Shown one piece after another: positions 33,367 to 38,438 of a stretch of 38,438 bases of DNA. The notes under the pieces are model-generated. The model worked only from the letters and a program-made list of their open reading frames with translations. It was not told the origin of the DNA and did no database searches. The translations under genes and the position numbers were made by a program. This DNA is from a virus. Its lineage: Duplodnaviria; Caudoviricetes. Position 1 is the first letter of the stretch. Every line of letters starts with the position of its first letter. The stretch lies in the IMG/VR virus record IMGVR_UViG_3300028072_000159, positions 1 to 38,438 of that record. One strand, given 5' to 3'.

Positions 33367-33861
33367 GACGTTCTGAGCGGGCCGCTGAGGCGAAGAGACT
33401 GCGCAAGCAGGGCCTGGGACTACGCAGCCATTGGGGAGCGCCTAGGGGTCCACGAAAGCACCGCTTACACCGATCTCAACCCGAAGCCTCCGGGCCACCA
33501 GGCGGAGGCAAGCGCCCGGTTCCGCGAAAGACACCCCGAGAAGATCAGGGCCGAAAACCTCGCCCGCAACGGCTACAAGCGCGAGTGGGAAAGCGGCAAA
33601 TGCCAGTGCGGGAGGAAAATCGCCAAGGCGAAGGGGAAGAACGCGTCGAAAGTCTGCGCCCGCTGCGAGCGGGCGGGTCGTAAACAGAAAGCCAAAGAGC
33701 GCTGTGAACGCTACATCGCCATGCGCGAAGAAGGAATGTTGAACCGGGAGATTGAGGAAAAGGAGGGCATCAAAAACGCCGGGGCCATCTTCAAAAGGGC
33801 CAAAGATGTCTACGGCCTCAAGGTCCCCCGCAGCCCCTACTACTGGCCCGAGCTGCCTTGA
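33363..33861 (+). pseudogene. HTH + Cys-rich protein interrupted by a +1 frameshift near 33417
   Basis: Frame 1 MRRSERAAEAKRLRKQGL joins frame 2 DYAAIGERLGVHESTAYTDLN...CQCG...CARC...PYYWPELP-stop. Confidence 0.7.
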
Positions 33862-34052
33862 CGGAGCACCTGCAACCGCGCATCCGCGAACAGGAACGAG
33901 CTATCCACGGGCTCGAAGCAGAGCTGGAAGTCGCCCTGCTCGAACGGCTCTGGGGACACCGCGAGCGCCCGCTCCCCCAGGAGCCTGACATCCACCGCAA
34001 GCTGGCTCGCAGGCACTCGGAGCTGGCAGCGCTTCTGAAACACCTTGTGTGA
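33858..34052 (+). CDS. Hypothetical protein
   Basis: TTGA overlap with the upstream stop. Confidence 0.5.
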   Translation: MTEHLQPRIREQERAIHGLEAELEVALLERLWGHRERPLPQEPDIHRKLARRHSELAALLKHLV

Positions 34053-34100
34053 ACGGCTCGAAGCATTCCTCGTAAATTGCAGGGAGTTCAATGTGGGTTC

Positions 34101-34130
34101 TTGACAACCGGGAAGCCTGGCGATTAAACT
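34101..34130 (+). promoter_or_regulatory. Rightward promoter
   Basis: TTGACA-18 nt-TAAACT. Confidence 0.65.
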
Positions 34131-34205
34131 CAAAGCCTCGCAGGGAGGGAGGAAGGAAGGGCAAAGCCTTCGTCCCTCAAGCACTCAGCTAGGGAGGGAA
34201 AAGAA

Positions 34206-34478
34206 ATCAGCTCTAGGAAAAGCCCTCCCTCCCTTCCTGGTTCTACACCTCGGACCGTTTACTCAATACTCAAGGGAGGCGTCGAAGGCCTTAGCCCCAA
34301 CGACTTCGGGAGGCCTTGGCCGAATCCAAGGCTCAACCGGATCGAAGCTCTCGTAAAAGACGTCGAGCACGAGCAGTGCATTAGGGCGGCACGTGAGAGC
34401 CGCAGGGTTGTCCAGGAACAGGACCGGGCCCCGAATATCACCGGCCTTTTTGAAATGAAGCTTGAGGAGCTAACATGA
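34206..34478 (+). CDS. Hypothetical protein without a canonical start (possible ATC start)
   Basis: Open frame ...VYSILKGGVEGLSPNDFGRPWP...FEMKLEELT ends in an ATGA overlap with the next gene; GGGAGG before ATC. Confidence 0.5.
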   Translation: MSSRKSPPSLPGSTPRTVYSILKGGVEGLSPNDFGRPWPNPRLNRIEALVKDVEHEQCIRAARESRRVVQEQDRAPNITGLFEMKLEELT

Positions 34479-34855
34479 AAGTTCAGAGCCGTAAACCTGG
34501 GAGTTCGGTCGCAGCCGTAGTCGCTTCCCCGTCGCCGAGGCAGATCCGGGAAGCGCGGTTGCACCCGATGGTTGCCAAGACCCCAACGGCCGAGAGATCC
34601 TGGGCCCGGGTCCAAAGTTCCCTCAGGGATGCCCTTCCCTCTTCGACCTACTCGCTCTGGCTTGAGCCCTTGGCCTGCATCGGCGTGGCAGACGGGGCTC
34701 TTTGCGCCGAGGGTCCCAAGCACGTCGTGGAATGGACCGAGAGGCGCTACGGGCGCCTCATAGGCGAGATGGTGCGCGAGCACACGGGTTACGCTGGGGC
34801 CTACCTCTTCGTGGCTCAGGAGGACCCTGAGAGCGCCGGAGATGGCTTGCTGTGA
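34475..34855 (+). CDS. DnaA N-terminal (domain I)-like protein
   Basis: WARVQSSLRDALPSSTYSLWLEPL...HVVEWTERRYGRLI matches the DnaA_N pattern; no AAA+ domain. Confidence 0.75.
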   Translation: MKVQSRKPGSSVAAVVASPSPRQIREARLHPMVAKTPTAERSWARVQSSLRDALPSSTYSLWLEPLACIGVADGALCAEGPKHVVEWTERRYGRLIGEMVREHTGYAGAYLFVAQEDPESAGDGLL

Positions 34856-35007
34856 AGCCCTACGAGGTCTACCAAGACACCGAGCAGTGGATTCCCTGGT
34901 TCAACTGGTTCTGGATCAGGGTGCCTGTAAGGCCCGGAGAAGAAGGCCAGGGCGGTTACCCCTTCCGCTGTCTGGCCGAGCGTGCAGCTAGGAGGGCGAC
35001 GCGATGA
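34852..35007 (+). CDS. Small Trp-rich protein
   Basis: Manual translation MKPYEVYQDTEQWIPWFNWFW...; overlaps on both sides. Confidence 0.5.
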   Translation: MKPYEVYQDTEQWIPWFNWFWIRVPVRPGEEGQGGYPFRCLAERAARRATR

Positions 35008-35210
35008 GCGATCTCATATTGCACAGCTGGGCTGAGACTACGGTCTATCCCGCCGGAACTAGCAATTCCTCCAAAGCTCCCTGTGACGGCGATCAGTGCC
35101 CCGTTTGCGAGGAGCCGTTGAGCGAGGGCGAACGAGTCCACCTAGTTACCGAGTCAATTGCTGCCGACAAGTGGGTCCACGATTCGCATATCTGGAAGGA
35201 GGGCCGATGA
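35004..35210 (+). CDS. Small Zn-binding protein
   Basis: AGGAGG RBS; CPVC...WVH. Confidence 0.6.
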   Translation: MSDLILHSWAETTVYPAGTSNSSKAPCDGDQCPVCEEPLSEGERVHLVTESIAADKWVHDSHIWKEGR

Positions 35211-35560
35211 CCGACCCCACACAGACAGTGCATATAGAGCTGGAGCGGCTAGCGGCTGAGCAAGAGCTGCGGTTCCTGCTCGCTCGCCAGGGAGAAGTCA
35301 CCTGCGAGAGCCATTCAATCGATGGTGACTGCGATGCCTGCGAATGGGAACAGGCGGCTATTAAGCAGCTCCGAGCCGCCCTCTCGTCTTCCCCGGAGCA
35401 GGCGGGATCAGAAGCCGAGCGAATAGCGCGCAAGGCGTTCATTGCTGGCGGCCAGTTTGTGGACGACAGCGTCTTCCGCGACAAACGAGGCAATTTCCAC
35501 GCGGCGAGCACGGAGTCCCTGGTAAAAGCTGCCCGCGACTATTCCAAGGAGCCGTCATGA
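35207..35560 (+). CDS. Hypothetical protein
   Basis: AGGAGG-ATG; CESH...CDAC. Confidence 0.6.
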   Translation: MTDPTQTVHIELERLAAEQELRFLLARQGEVTCESHSIDGDCDACEWEQAAIKQLRAALSSSPEQAGSEAERIARKAFIAGGQFVDDSVFRDKRGNFHAASTESLVKAARDYSKEPS

Positions 35561-35850
35561 CCGAGTGCACCTTGCCTCCTAGTGGCTGGCGTTGCACCCG
35601 CGAAGCTGGACACGACGGTCCGTGCGCCGCAGTTCCCTCTTCCCCGGAGCAGGGAGGGGAGGGAGCGGCGGCTGCATTGCTCCGAACGATTCGTTCATGG
35701 TGCGACGACCCGCCCGCCGGGCACGACGCCGTTGGTCGCTGGCTGAGCGCTGACCGACTCGCCGAGAAGCGCCTGCGGCTGGTCGCGACCCCGGCGGCGG
35801 GCAACAAGCGCCGCAAGAAAGCCCAGCTTCAGATCGGCGAGGCCGTCTAA
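35557..35850 (+). CDS. Hypothetical protein
   Basis: CTLPPSGWRCTREAGHDGPCAA module. Confidence 0.65.
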   Translation: MTECTLPPSGWRCTREAGHDGPCAAVPSSPEQGGEGAAAALLRTIRSWCDDPPAGHDAVGRWLSADRLAEKRLRLVATPAAGNKRRKKAQLQIGEAV

Positions 35851-36659
35851 TGCCCGAGTGGCCCCAGCAGAAAGAGTGGACCGTCCTGGCGGTGCGCGAG
35901 GGCAAGAAGAACCTGAACACGCATGGGGAGTTCCAGGCCTTCTACATCGACTTCCAGGGAGCCGACGATGTCAACTGGTACCGCAAGCTCCCCGCTACGG
36001 TCGAGGTCGGCAAGAGCTACTTCGGCACGATCAGCGAAGGCGAGCGTGGCTTGCGCTTCAAAAAGGAAACGCCTGGCAACGGGGCTGGCCCCGAACACAA
36101 GAGCACGGGAGGGCGGCAGATGAAGCCAGAGTCCGAGTGGGACCCTGAGAAGGTCGCGAGGATGGGGAGGGCTCACGCCCAGGGCGTGGCGATCCGGATC
36201 ATGGAGTACCTGCAACGCCAGAATACGCACCCGGTCGATGCGCTGGCTGCTTCTGGCATCGGGGACCCGCCCGAAGACACGCTCGGGCTTCTCTTTGCCA
36301 TCTCGGACCTCCTCGCCCAGGACGTCGACACGGCGGGCGAGCGCGCCAAGGCCGCTGCGTCACTGGACAAACCTGCCGAGCCAAAGCCAGCGCCCATGAT
36401 GACGCGGCAGGCATTCGGCAACGACGAGCCCGTGGACGAAACCACGATGCGCAACCTCTGCGAAGCAGCGGGCCTAGACAAGGTTGCAGCCCCCGCCCTC
36501 ACAGAGTTCATCTGCAAGCGCCTCAACGCCGAGCAAAAGCAGCGGGCCAAGGTTGGTCTGGAAACAGAACCGCAGGTCGTCGTGGGCCAGCTCAGGACGG
36601 CTTACGGGGAGACCTTCGGGAGCGACCTGCCCGAAGACGGATCAGATGTGCCCTTCTGA
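35850..36659 (+). CDS. ssDNA-binding or recombination-associated protein
   Basis: OB-fold-like beta-rich N-terminus and an acidic tail ending DGSDVPF like SSB C-termini. Confidence 0.6.
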   Translation: MPEWPQQKEWTVLAVREGKKNLNTHGEFQAFYIDFQGADDVNWYRKLPATVEVGKSYFGTISEGERGLRFKKETPGNGAGPEHKSTGGRQMKPESEWDPEKVARMGRAHAQGVAIRIMEYLQRQNTHPVDALAASGIGDPPEDTLGLLFAISDLLAQDVDTAGERAKAAASLDKPAEPKPAPMMTRQAFGNDEPVDETTMRNLCEAAGLDKVAAPALTEFICKRLNAEQKQRAKVGLETEPQVVVGQLRTAYGETFGSDLPEDGSDVPF

Positions 36660-36843
36660 CGAAGAGCGCCAACGAGTGCAGTCAGAGCTCGCCTACGTCC
36701 GCGGCCACCTCGAAGGCTACGCCGACGTACTTGCCCTGACCGACACGATCGTCAAGGGGTCGCTTGTGCGGTCGCTACGCGAAGACGCTGGCGCCCTACG
36801 CGCTCTTGAAGACGCTCTTGAAGATGAGAACGAGTCTCATTAA
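36646..36843 (+). CDS. Hypothetical protein
   Basis: Short helical ORF after the SSB-like gene. Confidence 0.5.
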   Translation: MCPSDEERQRVQSELAYVRGHLEGYADVLALTDTIVKGSLVRSLREDAGALRALEDALEDENESH

Positions 36844-36855
36844 GCCAATGATGCA

Positions 36856-37050
36856 ATGACAGATTCAAAACGTCACCCCGGGGACGATCCCTCCGTCGAA
36901 GCCGAGTTCGGCGCAGCTCCCCTCGATTGCGACGAGGGCTACAACGTCCCTTCAGCCATGGAGCCCGCGGACCGCAGGTGGGAAGAGAAGGCCAAGCGGA
37001 TGCGCGAGGACGAAGCAGGCGAACGGGCTGCGTTGGGGCACTGGCCGTGA
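36856..37050 (+). CDS. Hypothetical acidic protein
   Basis: ORF track; GTGA overlap with the next gene. Confidence 0.55.
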   Translation: MTDSKRHPGDDPSVEAEFGAAPLDCDEGYNVPSAMEPADRRWEEKAKRMREDEAGERAALGHWP

Positions 37051-37214
37051 GCCACAGCCCAAAAGAGCGCCTGCCGCGCTGCCCTTCCTGCAAGAGCAGG
37101 AACCCGATGTTCACGCGCTGCATGGATCGAAGGCTGGCAGAAGCCGAAGGGCACAAAGTCCCATCCCCTTCTCTTCGCGGCGGGTGCCCCGATTCTTGGC
37201 ACGAGAGCCGCTAG
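37047..37214 (+). CDS. Small Cys-rich protein
   Basis: CPSC...CPDSWH. Confidence 0.55.
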   Translation: MSHSPKERLPRCPSCKSRNPMFTRCMDRRLAEAEGHKVPSPSLRGGCPDSWHESR

Positions 37215-37251
37215 CATTCCCCGCGAGGCAATCAGCTCTCCTCTCGCCTCA

Positions 37252-37293
37252 GCCCCGCTGGCCGTGACTTCGACGGGATACGGTTGGCGGGGC
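37252..37293 (+). terminator. Long GC hairpin, probable terminator
   Basis: GCCCCGCTGGCCGTG/TACGGTTGGCGGGGC followed by CTCTTGCTT. Confidence 0.55.
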
Positions 37294-37316
37294 CTCTTGC
37301 TTGTAGGATCAAGGGC

Positions 37317-37673
37317 ATGGAGAAAGAGAGGAAGAGCATCGCGCCGACCTACGACAGCCGTGCAACAGGTGACGCATACACGGTCGAAGTCCGAGAGAGA
37401 GGCAGCCGTCTCGACCGCCACGCGGTTGCTGATCCCTTTGTGAATACAACGGTCCACCCGCGTGGCTGGCGGGCGGCTCTCGCGGTGCTCCTTAGGCGGT
37501 ACGAGGTTTCAGTCCACGTTTCGGCAGATCTTGAACGGGTTGAGGACATCTTCGAGCTAAACGACGACTACAAGGGGCAGCCAGGATCAACTAGGCGTGC
37601 CGAGTGGGACGCTGAATTTCAGAGGGGCCTCGAAGACTTCGCGGCGGTCTGCGGTGAGCACGAAACTGACTAA
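37317..37673 (+). CDS. Hypothetical protein, probably leaderless
   Basis: TAGGAT 7 nt before ATG 37317. Confidence 0.65.
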   Translation: MEKERKSIAPTYDSRATGDAYTVEVRERGSRLDRHAVADPFVNTTVHPRGWRAALAVLLRRYEVSVHVSADLERVEDIFELNDDYKGQPGSTRRAEWDAEFQRGLEDFAAVCGEHETD

Positions 37674-37678
37674 GTGTC

Positions 37679-38191
37679 ATGAACAGGCGCAACCGCCACA
37701 CCCCCGAGGAACGCCATGAGGCGCTGACAGTCTACGCAAGCTGCGAAGGCCGCAGGGATCTCTACGAGAAGACGAAAGCGGACCTCGGCCTTCAGGTCTC
37801 CCTCTCCGCGGTCAGGTCCATCGCCTACGAACACCGCGAGCTCTACGAACAGATCAAGGCTGAAGTCGAGCAGTCCAACAGGCTGCGAATGCAGGACCGC
37901 TACGGAGCCTTCTCAGACGCAGCGATGGACGCGGCAGAGGAGGGGGCAAGGCAGACGATGGAAGCCCTGCAGGCGGGTTCCCTGCGGCCCAAGGAACTGC
38001 CCAGGGCAACGCGCGAAATGGTCGAGGCTGCACGCATCGCGACCGAGGAGAAGGAAACCCTCGCCGGCCGTCGCCAGCCCGCCTCTCCGGTCAGCTTCAC
38101 GATCCTGCTCAAGGAGCTGGCCGAGCTGCCGGGCGTGACCGTGCGCGGGGTAGAGGACTCCGAGCGCCCTCAGCTGGTAGCTGAGGCCTAG
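37679..38191 (+). CDS. Terminase small subunit-like protein
   Basis: N-terminal HTH-like HTPEERHEAL, helical core and ARIATEEKETLAGR resembling TerS C-termini. Confidence 0.55.
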   Translation: MNRRNRHTPEERHEALTVYASCEGRRDLYEKTKADLGLQVSLSAVRSIAYEHRELYEQIKAEVEQSNRLRMQDRYGAFSDAAMDAAEEGARQTMEALQAGSLRPKELPRATREMVEAARIATEEKETLAGRRQPASPVSFTILLKELAELPGVTVRGVEDSERPQLVAEA

Positions 38192-38305
38192 CCCTTTCCT
38201 AGCCTCAGCCCCGCATTTCGGGCAGGCGCTCTGGTCTCCTGCGTAATGCGGCATGAAGACGTAGGGCTTGCCGCAGATTTTGCACTTGACGGTTTGCTCA
38301 GTCAT
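37913..38305 (-). CDS. Zn-ribbon protein (N-terminal ~40 aa credible)
   Basis: GAGGAGG RBS; CKICGK...CPKC; the rest overlaps the TerS-like gene in antisense. Confidence 0.5.
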   Translation of the reverse strand: MTEQTVKCKICGKPYVFMPHYAGDQSACPKCGAEARKGLGLSYQLRALGVLYPAHGHARQLGQLLEQDREADRRGGLATAGEGFLLLGRDACSLDHFARCPGQFLGPQGTRLQGFHRLPCPLLCRVHRCV

Positions 38306-38320
38306 CCGGGAACCTCCTCT

Positions 38321-38438
38321 CTAGCTCGTGGATAGCGCTTCTAGCTCAGTGACAACGCGGTCCGCTTCTCGTTCATAGGCGCCGGACTCGGCGGCGGACC
38401 CGGCGGCGGACCTGGCGGACCCGGCGGCGGACCTGGCG
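38321..38438 (-). CDS. 3' end of the same SAA-repeat protein
   Basis: Minus strand reads ARSAAGSARSAAGSAAESGAYEREADRVVTELEALSTS-stop (TAG at 38321-38323). Confidence 0.8.
   Translation of the reverse strand, partial: ARSAAGSARSAAGSAAESGAYEREADRVVTELEALSTS

Larger units (their letters stand above)
1..38438. mobile_element. Probably complete circular dsDNA phage genome with P22-like podovirus organisation
   Basis: TerL, portal, scaffold, MCP, adaptor, nozzle, ejection proteins and endolysin in typical order; no host housekeeping genes; ends overlap in a repeat and one gene appears to span the junction. Confidence 0.92.

Overview
This window looks like an essentially complete, probably circular, ~38.4 kb genome of a high-GC tailed phage with P22-like (podovirus) architecture. 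Both ends fall in the same Ser-Ala-Ala-coding repeat (1-46 matches 38393-38438 with one mismatch), and one minus-strand gene appears to cross the junction. The virion module contains a terminase large subunit, portal, scaffold, major capsid protein, adaptor, nozzle-like tail protein and several very basic internal/ejection proteins; there is no tape measure or sheath gene. It is followed by a lysis module (membrane proteins, a two-domain M15-like peptidase + GH24 endolysin, a holin-like peptide). The early/replication region carries an Hjc-like resolvase, HTH proteins, a stand-alone DnaA N-terminal-domain protein, an SSB-like protein and a TerS-like gene. A leftward operon carries a catalytic-domain-only tyrosine recombinase. 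Leaderless TANNNT promoters and the NlpC/P60 type suggest an actinobacterial host, possibly Thermoleophilia (inference). The most unusual aspect is the non-coding layer: a distorted tRNA-like RNA with a CAU anticodon, a switch-like leader that can bury the endolysin ribosome-binding site, a tandem ACAA/AC internal-loop motif before the scaffold gene, several self-contained sRNA candidates and a triple palindrome before the giant ejection gene. All calls come from reading motifs and base pairing by eye; no database searches or folding programs were run.
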